Part shown: one piece after another, positions 11,403 to 20,240 of the stretch
Layout: the number at the start of each line of letters is the position of its first letter
Numbering within the stretch: position 1 is the first letter of the stretch
NCBI GenBank assembly: GCA_020633315.1
Contig: JACKDV010000004.1
Coordinates: 512,071-576,070, forward strand
Direction: 5' to 3'
Origin: Myxococcales bacterium
Lineage (GTDB): Bacteria; Myxococcota_A; Polyangia; Nannocystales; Nannocystaceae
DNA length: 64,000 nt
Made by a program: the position numbers and the translations under genes
The notes under the pieces: model-generated
The model's input: only the letters and a program-made list of their open reading frames with translations
The model's database searches: none
What the model was told of the DNA's origin: nothing

Positions 11403-11852
11403 ATGGCCTACGCCAACGTCGAGCTGATCCAGGCGCTCCGCCGCACCGCCGCCCGCCTGCGCGAGGGCAGCGACTACCAGTGGGGCCACCTGGGCATGTG
11501 CAACTGCGGGCAGCTCGCCCAGACCCTCACCGGTGAGGACCGCCATGCGATCCACGCGGCCGCGCTGCGGATCGGCGGCGAGTGGGAGGACCGCGTGCGC
11601 GAGTACTGCCCCGACAGCGGCCAGCCCATCGACGCGATCATCCGCGCCATGCTCGGCCACGGGCTGAGCACGGGCGACCTCGCCGATCTCGAGGATCTCA
11701 GCGACGACCGGATCCTGCGGCGGCTACCCTCGGGGCGTCGCTACCTCGAGCGCAACCAGCGAGACGACGTGATCGAGTACCTCGAGACCTGGGCCGCGCT
11801 GCTCGAGGAGCAGCTGCGCGAGCGCCTGCTCGCGGCGGGACACGCCGCGTAG
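11403..11852 (+). CDS. Hypothetical protein (149 aa)
   Basis: Internal Met of the long 8880..11852 frame, directly after the serine hydrolase stop. GC3-rich codon usage and non-repetitive sequence (MAYANVELIQALRRTAARLREGSDYQWGHLGMCNCGQLAQ...). Confidence 0.5.
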   Translation: MAYANVELIQALRRTAARLREGSDYQWGHLGMCNCGQLAQTLTGEDRHAIHAAALRIGGEWEDRVREYCPDSGQPIDAIIRAMLGHGLSTGDLADLEDLSDDRILRRLPSGRRYLERNQRDDVIEYLETWAALLEEQLRERLLAAGHAA

Positions 11853-12087
11853 GGCCGCGCTCCGCCGCGAGCCCTCGAGTCGTTCGTGCGAGCGCGAGAT
11901 CGCGACCGCATACGAGCCCGAGGTTGACACCTGGATCGTCGACGGCCTCGCGTCGCCGCACGAATCGACGAAACCATCGCGACCATCGTCCGGTCTAGTC
12001 GGCGGCGCCACGCCCTGGCTCGTTGCCACCACCCCCGTGGAGACGGGCCCTCCGCGGGCGCCCCTTCTCCGTCGGGAGCGCTCGTCC

Positions 12088-13593
12088 ATGTCGTCTGCGT
12101 CCATGATGGCCCTCGCGCCGCTGGCCCTCGCGCTGGTTGTCCCCGTCACCGCCGAGCCCGATCCCTCCGCCATCAAGGGGGGTGAGGCGGTGGGCCCCTG
12201 TGGCTGGCCGTCGGTCGTGAAGATCACCCCGCTGTCGGGCGGCGGGGTGTGCAGCGCGGTGCTGGTGCACCCGCGGCTCATCATGACCACGGCCCACTGC
12301 CTGGACGAAGGCGTCGCTCCCGAGGTCGTCTTCGGTGAGGACATCGAGGCCGGCCACGTGCTCGCCGAGATCGTGGAGTGCGAGCTGTACCCATCGTGGT
12401 CCCTCGGCGGTCCCGAGGGCACGGACTTCGGGTTCTGCGTGCTCGACCAGCCGGTGCTCACCGTGCCGATCGTGCCGGTGGCCGGGGGCTGCGAGCAGAC
12501 CGCCATCACCCCGGGTGCGCGCATCGTCCAGGTCGGCTTCGGCGTCGATGACGATCTGGTCGTCGGCCACAAGCGCATGCTCGACACCTCGATCTACGCC
12601 CTCACCCCCGACGGCGGGATCGAGGTCCGCGACCCCAACGGCATCATCTGCAGCGGCGACTCGGGCGGCCCCACCTTCGTGTACCTCGACCCGGCCGACG
12701 GAGGCGACGGAACGTGGCGCGTGGCGGGGATCCACTCGTGGACCTACGTGTCCGAGCCCGGGACCCACAGCTGCATCGACAGCTCCTACAGCGGCATCAT
12801 CGACGGCGCCATCGAGTGGGTCGAGGCGGCGAGCGGCTTCGACATCACGCCGTGCACCGACGGCGACGCGTGGGCCCCCACCTTCCACTGCGGGGGGCTC
12901 CCCACCGAGCCCTGGGTGGGCGACGGCGACTACCCGAGCGGGTGCACGAGCCCCGCGGTGGTGGAGTTCAGCGGGATCTGTGGGCCCCCGCTGGACTCGA
13001 GCCCCGACACCGAGCCGCCGCAGGTGACGATCGTCTCGCCGCAGTGGGAGCAACAGCTGCTGCCCGCCGGAGACCAGACCCCGGTGGAGCTCGAGCTGCA
13101 GGCCACCGACCAGGGCTGGGGCGTGGCCTCGATCGAGCTGACCATCCGCAACGCGAGCACGGGCAGCGAGCAGGTCGAGCCGCGCGACGAGTGGACCCCG
13201 TGGACCTGGACCACCGAGCTGGCCCCCGGCTCCTACGAGCTCGAGGCGATCGCGACCGATCACGCGGGCAACGTGTCGGAGGTGGCGTTCTCGTGCTTCG
13301 GCATCGGCGAGCCCGGCTGCGAGGGCGTGGGAGACGGGACGGCGGGGACCAGCACCGGCTCGGACGATGGCCCCGGCGGCACCGCGGGCGACACCGACGA
13401 CGCCGGGGCGAGCGACGACGACGGCTCGGGGTGCGCGTGTCGGACCCGAGCGCGCACGAGGCCGGGGCCTGCAGCCGTCGTCCTGCTCGGGCTGGGCCTG
13501 CTGGGGCGAGGCCGACGACGGCGGCCCATCGGCACCCTGAGCCACCGCTCCTCCGAGAGCGGCCCCGTCGCGTCCCCCGCCCCGTCGCGGTAG
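12088..13593 (+). CDS. Secreted trypsin-like serine protease (S1 family) with MYXO-CTERM-type C-terminal tail
   Basis: Catalytic triad motifs TTAHC, and GDSGGP around the Ser. Signal peptide present. C-terminal GSGCACRTRARTRP-AAVVLLGLGLLGRGRRRR resembles the MYXO-CTERM sorting signal (Cys-containing motif, hydrophobic helix, Arg cluster). Confidence 0.85.
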   Translation: MSSASMMALAPLALALVVPVTAEPDPSAIKGGEAVGPCGWPSVVKITPLSGGGVCSAVLVHPRLIMTTAHCLDEGVAPEVVFGEDIEAGHVLAEIVECELYPSWSLGGPEGTDFGFCVLDQPVLTVPIVPVAGGCEQTAITPGARIVQVGFGVDDDLVVGHKRMLDTSIYALTPDGGIEVRDPNGIICSGDSGGPTFVYLDPADGGDGTWRVAGIHSWTYVSEPGTHSCIDSSYSGIIDGAIEWVEAASGFDITPCTDGDAWAPTFHCGGLPTEPWVGDGDYPSGCTSPAVVEFSGICGPPLDSSPDTEPPQVTIVSPQWEQQLLPAGDQTPVELELQATDQGWGVASIELTIRNASTGSEQVEPRDEWTPWTWTTELAPGSYELEAIATDHAGNVSEVAFSCFGIGEPGCEGVGDGTAGTSTGSDDGPGGTAGDTDDAGASDDDGSGCACRTRARTRPGPAAVVLLGLGLLGRGRRRRPIGTLSHRSSESGPVASPAPSR

Positions 13594-13594
13594 C

Positions 13595-15139
13595 GTGGGA
13601 CCCATGCGCGTCCCCCTGACCGTCCGCGACTTCATCGACCGCGCCGAGCTCGTCTACGGCGATCGCATCGGGCTCGTCGACGAGCCCGACGCGCAGGCCC
13701 CGAGCTGGGGCGCCATCAGCTATCGCGAGCTGGCCCGACGGGTGCGGGCGTTCGCGGCCGGGCTCGATGCGCTGGGCATCGCCCCCGGCGAGCGGGTGGC
13801 GATCGTCTCGCCCAACTCGGCGCGCTTCGTGGCCGCGCTCTACGGCACCTGCGGCTCGGGTCGCATCCTGGTGCCCATCAACTTCCGCCTGCACGCGCAC
13901 GAGGTGGAGTACATCGTGAGCCACTCCGGGGCGCGGGTGCTGCTGGTCGACCCCGAGCTCGAGGACTCGCTGCGCGAGGTGCCGGTGGAGCACCGCATCG
14001 TGCTCGGGGCCGAGAGCGACGAGCTCCTGCTCCGCTACGATCGCGAGCCGGCCCCCGTGGAGCTCCACGAGGACCACGTGGCCACGCTCAACTACACCAG
14101 CGGCACCACGGCCCGCCCCAAGGGCGTGCAGCTCACCCACCGCAGCCTGTGGCTCAACGCCACCACCTTCGGCTGGCACGTGGGGATCGGCGATCGCGAC
14201 CGCTTCCTGCACCTGGTGCCGCTGTTCCACGTCAACGGCTGGGGCATGCCCTTCGCCCTCGCCTGCATGGGCGCCACGCAGGTGATGCAGCGCAAGGTGA
14301 GCGGGGCCGAGATCCTGCGGCGCGTGCAGGAGCACGGCATCACGATCACCAACGGCGCCCCCGCGGTGGTGCACGCGGTGCTCGACGCGGCCGCGGGCTG
14401 GGAGGGCCCGATCCCCGGCGGCGGCCGCACGCGGATCATCGTCGCGGGCGCCCCTCCGCCCACCCGCACCATCGAGCGGGTGGAGACGGAGCTGGGCTGG
14501 GAGCTCATCCAGATCTACGGGCTCACCGAGACCTCGCCGCTGCTCACGATCAACCGCGGCCGCGCCGAGTACGACGCGCTCGAGCCGGCCCTGCGCGCCG
14601 CCCGGCTGGGGCGCGCGGGGGCCCCGGTGCTGGGGGTCCGCGTGCGCATCGACGAGCTCGGCGAGGTGCTCGCGCGCGCCAACGTGGTCACCGAGGGCTA
14701 CTGGCAGGACCCGCCGGCCACCGCGGCCGCGATCGTCGACGGATGGTTCCACACCGGCGACGGCGGCACGATGGACGACGAGGGCTACGTGACGATCTCC
14801 GACCGCAAGAAGGACGTCATCATCTCGGGCGGCGAGAACGTGTCGTCGATCGAGGTGGAGGACTGCCTGTCATCGCACCCCGACGTGGCCGAGGTGGCGG
14901 TGATCGGCGTGCCCGACGACAAGTGGGGCGAGACCGTCAAGGCGCTGGTCGTGCTGCGTCCCGGCGCTGGCGCGGGCGAGGTGGAGCTCATCGCCCACTG
15001 CCGCGCCCACCTGGCGCACTACAAGTGCCCCACCTCGGTGGAGCTGCGCAACGAGCTGCCGCGCACCGCCACGGGCAAGCTGCAGAAGTTCGTGCTGCGG
15101 GCGCCCTACTGGAAGGGACGCTCGCGGCAGGTGGGCTGA
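13595..15139 (+). CDS. AMP-dependent acyl-CoA synthetase/ligase (fatty-acid--CoA ligase family)
   Basis: AMP-binding motif (YTSGTTARPKGV), conserved GYGLTET-like segment (IYGLTETS), and C-terminal GWFHTGDGG...DRKKDVIISGGENV...PRTATGKLQK typical of ANL adenylating enzymes. Confidence 0.9.
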   Translation: MGPMRVPLTVRDFIDRAELVYGDRIGLVDEPDAQAPSWGAISYRELARRVRAFAAGLDALGIAPGERVAIVSPNSARFVAALYGTCGSGRILVPINFRLHAHEVEYIVSHSGARVLLVDPELEDSLREVPVEHRIVLGAESDELLLRYDREPAPVELHEDHVATLNYTSGTTARPKGVQLTHRSLWLNATTFGWHVGIGDRDRFLHLVPLFHVNGWGMPFALACMGATQVMQRKVSGAEILRRVQEHGITITNGAPAVVHAVLDAAAGWEGPIPGGGRTRIIVAGAPPPTRTIERVETELGWELIQIYGLTETSPLLTINRGRAEYDALEPALRAARLGRAGAPVLGVRVRIDELGEVLARANVVTEGYWQDPPATAAAIVDGWFHTGDGGTMDDEGYVTISDRKKDVIISGGENVSSIEVEDCLSSHPDVAEVAVIGVPDDKWGETVKALVVLRPGAGAGEVELIAHCRAHLAHYKCPTSVELRNELPRTATGKLQKFVLRAPYWKGRSRQVG

Positions 15140-15157
15140 GGGGGTCGTCGGGGCGCG

Positions 15158-15532
15158 TCAGGGCACGGGCGTCAGCTCGACGGTGTCCTGCACGGTCATC
15201 ACGTGGCACTCGTCCGCGGTCACCTCGTACTGCCGCATCTCCGTCTGGTAGCCCTCGGCCACGATGGTGACGTCGAAGCTGCCCTCGAGCTCGAAGCCCA
15301 GCGCGTAGGTCCCGGGGAAGCTCTCGTCGGGCTGCATGGGCCCCTCGCCGTCGACGAGGAAGGTCACCGTGGCCTCGACGTCCTCGCCGGTCGTGGCGTC
15401 GACGACGGTCAGCTGCACCGACGATTTCGCCAGCAGGTCGCACGACCGCTCCGCGCACCCGATGCCCCCCACGGCGGAGGACACGAGCGCGACGACGACG
15501 AGGAACGAGGGGCTAGGCTTCATGGTGGACAT
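15158..15532 (-). CDS. Small secreted/lipo-protein, hypothetical (124 aa)
   Basis: ORF track. N-terminal signal peptide (MKPSPSFLVVVALVSSAVGGIGCAE). Convergent with the acyl-CoA synthetase. Confidence 0.5.
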   Translation of the reverse strand: MSTMKPSPSFLVVVALVSSAVGGIGCAERSCDLLAKSSVQLTVVDATTGEDVEATVTFLVDGEGPMQPDESFPGTYALGFELEGSFDVTIVAEGYQTEMRQYEVTADECHVMTVQDTVELTPVP

Positions 15533-15592
15533 GGTGACGCGATCGAGCCCGTCGGTCCACGACGAGCGCTCGCTCGCCGGGCCGGCGCCGGA

Positions 15593-16072
15593 TCACGCGA
15601 GGGGCCCTGAGGACCTGCGCCCGCGTCGACGTCGCGCGAGCACGAGCAGGGCGAGACCGAGGCCCAGGCTCGCCAGCGAGGTCTCGCTCATGGAGCAGCC
15701 CGAGCAGCTCCGCTCCTCCTCGTCGGCCGTGCCGCCCGAGTCGGTCCCGGTCGACGACGAGCCTCCGCCCGATGCCGTGCCGCCCGAGGAATCCGAGGGC
15801 TGCGTGCACAGCAGGCAATCGTACTCGACGACCGTGGGCGGGGTGCCGTTGCTGTAGTCGAGCCGGGTGCAGGTGGCCGGCTCGCAGGTGCCCATCATGG
15901 CCTCGGTGAGCCCGGGCTCCGGCTCCACGACGCACTCGTCGCCCGCCTGCTTCTCGTTGCAGGCCTCCTCGATCGGATCGATCACGTCCGCGCTCGCGAC
16001 CGAGGGGGTGACGAGCGCGAGGGTCACGAGCAGGGAGCGCAGCACGGACGGCAGGGACGACGCGGTCGACAC
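15593..16072 (-). CDS. Secreted Cys/Ser/Gly-rich protein with MYXO-CTERM sorting signal
   Basis: Signal peptide (LLVTLALVTPSVASA). C-terminus SCSGCSMSETSLASLGLGLALLVLARRRRGRR matches the MYXO-CTERM tripartite architecture. Confidence 0.6.
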   Translation of the reverse strand: MSTASSLPSVLRSLLVTLALVTPSVASADVIDPIEEACNEKQAGDECVVEPEPGLTEAMMGTCEPATCTRLDYSNGTPPTVVEYDCLLCTQPSDSSGGTASGGGSSSTGTDSGGTADEEERSCSGCSMSETSLASLGLGLALLVLARRRRGRRSSGPLA

Positions 16073-16173
16073 CCGATCACTCTATCCACGCCGGCGAGGG
16101 ACCGAGTCGGCCAGAACGTCGCCCCGGCGCACGGATCGGGTGCAAGCTTTGCCGCGGCTCCCGGCGCGCCTCA

Positions 16174-17427
16174 CTAGCCGGCCATCGGCTCGCCGAGGGC
16201 TTCCGAGGAGCCACGATCGCCGTAGGGCACATAGCGCACCGGCTCGGCCCCCACCAGCTGGTCGATGATGCGGCGCTGCACCTCGAGGCCCCGCGTCTCG
16301 GCCAGCCGATGCAGGGCGGGCACCCGGCGGCGGAGGGTCTCGAGCCCGAAGCGCCCCCCCGCGAGCAGGGCGACGAGCGGCGTGAGCGGCTCGGGCGGCA
16401 GGCCGATGTCGTCGATGGCCTCGTGCCCGAGGGTGAAGCGCGAGACCGCGTCGCGGTAGCGCATCACCACGCGGGCGGCGGCACGCTCCCACGGGGTGCG
16501 GGCGAGGCGGGCGGGCAGCTCGTGCAGGGCCCAGGCCAGCGCCCGGCTGTCGTCGTCGGCGTAGGGGTTGGTGATGCCGTGGATCAGCATGTGCCGCAGG
16601 CCGGTGCGGTAGTCGGGGGCCAGCAGCTCGTCGTCCGCCCCCATCACCACCCCCACGTAGCGCCACAGGTGCATCACGGCCTCGCGCTCGTCCTCGCGGA
16701 AGCGGTAGCCCAGGGCGATCAGGCCCGAGAGGTACACCGCGGAGAACTCGAGCTGGGTCGCGGCCATGTCGGTCTGGTTGATCGGCACTCCCCAGGCATG
16801 CTCGTCCCAGTCGGCCCGGTGCCGGAGGCTGCGGCGGACCTTGGCGTGCATCAGTCGCACCCGGCACGCGCTCTTGAAGCCCGCCGAGGAGCGCTCGAGG
16901 GTCTCCGACTCGATCACGTCGAGGGTGAAGCGCGAGGTCTCGGCGATGCGGCGGACCACCATGCGATCGAGCGCTCCGGTCATGGCCAGCGGCTTGACGG
17001 CGGCGCGGCTGCGGTAGCCGCCCATCAGCGCCATCGCGGTCAGCACCGTGCCGCCCGCGGTGCCCACCCGCCACGCGGTGCGGCAGGCGAGGCGCAGCGC
17101 GTCGCGATCGAGCCAGGCGGGCGCGCGCTCCAGCGGCTCGAACCAACGCACGAGGCACTCGGGGGCCTCCGGGACGGCGGCGAGGCCTTGCTCCACCACG
17201 CGCTCGAACAGCCGTCGCCCGTGCCCCGCCGGCTGCTCGGCGGCCCAGTCGACGAAGGCGTCGGCGACCGGGTCGGCGCGGAGCAGCCCCTGTCGCAGCG
17301 CGACCACGTCGGGGTCGCCCTCGTCGATGTGGATGCCGAGCAGGCGCCCGATCCATCGCATCCGCGTGGGCGGGTCGCGCAGGCGCTCCCCGTGCCAGCG
17401 GGTGGGAGTGGTGGAGGGCGTCGCCAT
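16174..17427 (-). CDS. DUF2236-family oxygenase (MpaB/Lcp-like)
   Basis: ~400 aa. Conserved RVRLMHAKVRR segment characteristic of the DUF2236/MpaB family. Non-repetitive sequence and GC3-rich codons. Confidence 0.7.
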   Translation of the reverse strand: MATPSTTPTRWHGERLRDPPTRMRWIGRLLGIHIDEGDPDVVALRQGLLRADPVADAFVDWAAEQPAGHGRRLFERVVEQGLAAVPEAPECLVRWFEPLERAPAWLDRDALRLACRTAWRVGTAGGTVLTAMALMGGYRSRAAVKPLAMTGALDRMVVRRIAETSRFTLDVIESETLERSSAGFKSACRVRLMHAKVRRSLRHRADWDEHAWGVPINQTDMAATQLEFSAVYLSGLIALGYRFREDEREAVMHLWRYVGVVMGADDELLAPDYRTGLRHMLIHGITNPYADDDSRALAWALHELPARLARTPWERAAARVVMRYRDAVSRFTLGHEAIDDIGLPPEPLTPLVALLAGGRFGLETLRRRVPALHRLAETRGLEVQRRIIDQLVGAEPVRYVPYGDRGSSEALGEPMAG

Positions 17428-17440
17428 GACGACCCCACTA

Positions 17441-18013
17441 CTATAGCCCGGGCTCGGACTGGCTCGGGCCGGCCTGGCGTCGCTGCACCCACGCCCGCAG
17501 GGCGACGAGCAGCGCGGCCAGGTGCTCGCGGGTGGGCTCGTCGCCGAGCTCGCCGTCGTGGAGCTTGTGGCCGGCCTGCGTCACCGCGAATTCCGGGTGG
17601 GGGAACACCTCGGCCGCCATGCCCAGGAGCACCTGCTTGAGCTGCCCCTGCGCCCGCACCCCGCCCATGAGGCTGGGGGAGGCGCTGACGATCGCGCAGG
17701 GCTTGCCCGCGAACACCGAGCGGTAGGCGGGGCGAGAGGCCCAGTCGATCGCGTTCTTGAGCACGCCGGGGATCCCGTAGTTGTACTCGGGGGTGGCGAT
17801 GAGCAGCGCGTCGGCCTCGGCGATGCGCTGCTTGAAGGCCTCGACGGGGGCGAGCGCCGCGGGATCGTCGAGATCGGGGTCGTACATGGGGATCGGCCGC
17901 AGGTCGTCGATGACCAGCTCCACCCCCGCGGGGGCGAGCGCGCGGGCCGAGACGAGCAGGGCGCGGTTGATCGATGCGCGACGGAGACTACCGGGAATGC
18001 CGAGGATCTTCAT
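17441..18013 (-). CDS. NADPH-dependent FMN reductase family protein
   Basis: MKILGIPGSLRRASINRALL ... LIATPEYNYGIPGVLKNAIDW ... FAGKPCAIVSAS are hallmark flavodoxin-like FMN reductase motifs. 14 bp downstream of the DUF2236 gene on the same strand. Confidence 0.85.
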   Translation of the reverse strand: MKILGIPGSLRRASINRALLVSARALAPAGVELVIDDLRPIPMYDPDLDDPAALAPVEAFKQRIAEADALLIATPEYNYGIPGVLKNAIDWASRPAYRSVFAGKPCAIVSASPSLMGGVRAQGQLKQVLLGMAAEVFPHPEFAVTQAGHKLHDGELGDEPTREHLAALLVALRAWVQRRQAGPSQSEPGL

Positions 18014-18165
18014 GGTGACGGGCTCTGGTACGGACGGGGCGCGAGGAGGTGAGAACGGGGCTCCGTGTAGCAGGAAACGACGCGGCGTGGCGTGGTGCAA
18101 CACCGCGCGCCGCCAGATGACCAGCGATGCGAGGTGGTGCCATTCTTGCTGGGTCGAGGACGATC

Positions 18166-19068
18166 ATGACCAAGCATCGCGCACAGTGGATCGGTGGCTC
18201 GTTGTTGCTCTGCCTGGCCGGCTGCCCCGACGACGGGGGCGGCAACACGGTGGGACCGGTGCCCTCGGACGAGGCGCCGCAGACGGCGGTCTCGGTGATC
18301 TGCGGCGCCTTCGACGATTGCGGCTGCGATCCGCAGGCGGTGGCACCCCAGGGCTGCGACGCCCGCATCGACGAGCAGGTGCGCCAGGCCCAGGGCGACG
18401 CGGTGGCGCTCGGCCTCGAGTACGACGCCGCCTGCATGGGCAACATGCTCACCACGGTCCGCGAGGTGGGCTGCGAGCGCGCCAGCGACTACACCATCGA
18501 GGAGCTGGTCACCCTGCTGCAGCGCTACCAGTGCAAGCTCTTCTACGGCACCGCCACTCCCGGCGAGGCGTGCGAGGCGGTGCAGGACCTCGGTGACTCC
18601 TGCGATCGCAACTCGACCTGCGTGGACGGGCTGTGCGTGGCTCGGCCCGAGACCGCGGCCGAGGGCGAGACCTGCGACGTGCAGCTCGACTTCTTCAGCG
18701 TCTGCGTGACGGGCACCTACTGCGTCGACGTGGACGACGACGGGCAGGCCCGCTGCGTGCGGCTGCCCAAGGTGGGAGACGCCTGCCTGGGGACGGCGCA
18801 GATCTGCGACGAGGAGCTCAGCTGCGTGGACGGGACCTGTGCGCTGGCCCCGGGTGACGGCGAGCCCTGCCACCAGGGTGGAGGCGCCGCCTGTGGGCAC
18901 GACCTGGTGTGCGAGCTCGAGAGCGTCACCTGCGTGGCCGCTCCCACCGGCGGCGAGGCGTGCCTGTTCTCCTGCGCCACCGGCTTCGAGTGCGATCAGG
19001 GCCGCTGCGTGGTCGAGGAGGCCCTCGTGTGCGACGTGGATCTCTACGACGTCGAGGGCCAGGGATAG
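18166..19068 (+). CDS. Cys-rich secreted lipoprotein, hypothetical
   Basis: Lipoprotein signal (MTKHRAQWIGGSLLLCLAGCPDDGG). ~26 Cys arranged in repeated C-x-DG-x-C modules. Confidence 0.65.
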   Translation: MTKHRAQWIGGSLLLCLAGCPDDGGGNTVGPVPSDEAPQTAVSVICGAFDDCGCDPQAVAPQGCDARIDEQVRQAQGDAVALGLEYDAACMGNMLTTVREVGCERASDYTIEELVTLLQRYQCKLFYGTATPGEACEAVQDLGDSCDRNSTCVDGLCVARPETAAEGETCDVQLDFFSVCVTGTYCVDVDDDGQARCVRLPKVGDACLGTAQICDEELSCVDGTCALAPGDGEPCHQGGGAACGHDLVCELESVTCVAAPTGGEACLFSCATGFECDQGRCVVEEALVCDVDLYDVEGQG

Positions 19069-19141
19069 GAGCTCAGCGCCCCGAGCTCGAGGACGGCTCC
19101 CCCATCACCATCCTCCCGCCGTGCACGAGCCGGGCGCGTCG

Positions 19142-19897
19142 CTACAGCACGAAGGGGATCAACGCCCGGCGCCGGCGCGGATAGTCGTCGAACTGCTCGC
19201 GATACCAGCGGTGGTTGGCCAGCGCCCGCGGTCCCACGTTGGCCGCGGTGTAGAGCGCAAAGGCCAGGCCCGGCAGCGACCAGGTGGCGATGGCCCAGCC
19301 CACCCACTCGACGATCTCGCCCAGGTAGTTGGGGCACGAGACCCACTCGTACAGCCAGCCCCGCGGGATCGCGTAGCCCCCCTCGCCGGGGCGACGCAGG
19401 GCGAGCAGCATGCGATCGGCGCGCTTGTTGATCGCATAGCCCGTCGCGAACACGGCCCCGCCGATCCACGGCCGCGGATCGGCCAGCCAGGCGATCGAGT
19501 AGTCGCCCAGGTGAGAGATCCACCGCGCGTTGATGTAGGCATTGAGCGAGTTGAAGACCACGCCCGCCAGCGCGATCACCAAGGGCATGGGCCGCGGGGA
19601 ACGCTGGCGAAACGGATACACGAAGGTGCGGTGCACGTAGTGCAGCTGCCACAGGCCCAGCAGCAGCAGCGGCACCAGCTGCAGGGCATGATCGCCGCGC
19701 AGGTAGATGGCCACGAACAGCAGCACGGCCGGGCTCTCCATGATCACCCAGCCCAGCCACGCCGGCACCGACGGGCCCCAGCCCTTGCGGTAGTGCCGAC
19801 CGTAGGGCGCACGGAACAGCAGCAGCGCGCCGGCGGTGAGCACCGCCAGGCCGATCTGGGCCCAGGTCAGCGCATGGTGCAGCTCTGCCTCGCTCAT
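19142..19897 (-). CDS. Steroid 5-alpha reductase-like / DUF1295 family polytopic membrane protein
   Basis: C-terminal motif GWLYEWVSCPNYLGEIVEWVGWAIATWS typical of the 3-oxo-5-alpha-steroid 4-dehydrogenase / ICMT-like family. Multiple TM segments. Confidence 0.8.
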   Translation of the reverse strand: MSEAELHHALTWAQIGLAVLTAGALLLFRAPYGRHYRKGWGPSVPAWLGWVIMESPAVLLFVAIYLRGDHALQLVPLLLLGLWQLHYVHRTFVYPFRQRSPRPMPLVIALAGVVFNSLNAYINARWISHLGDYSIAWLADPRPWIGGAVFATGYAINKRADRMLLALRRPGEGGYAIPRGWLYEWVSCPNYLGEIVEWVGWAIATWSLPGLAFALYTAANVGPRALANHRWYREQFDDYPRRRRALIPFVL

Positions 19898-20240
19898 CCG
19901 TGCCCAGGGTTCCCCGGATGCACGAAGGCGTCAACGGCCGGGCATTCCCCGGCGAGGCCACCCCCGAGATGACCCATTGGCGCCGCGTCTTGTAGGGGTT
20001 TCATTTCGGGATCCAGCTCCTTTTAAAGAAAGAGGAAGTCGGGTGACCGCACTAAAGGGCTGTGTGTGGTGCACCCGGATCCGCGGTCGTCGTGGACCGC
20101 CTTGGTTCCAGCTCTGCCCATGACTCCGCGCATGACACGCCGCCGTCCCTCACGGCGGGGTCCGCATCGGCGCCCCACTCACGCGCCAATTCACTGATCG
20201 GTGCTGCCGAGGGGCAGCACCAGAGAGGACCCCATCTCCG

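Noticed and set aside
8746-11852. 826-aa antisense ORF and the 990-aa +2 frame ORF over the serine hydrolase
   Set aside because: Off-frame high-GC artefacts. Only the C-terminal 149 codons of 8880..11852 (from Met 11403) look like a genuine small gene.
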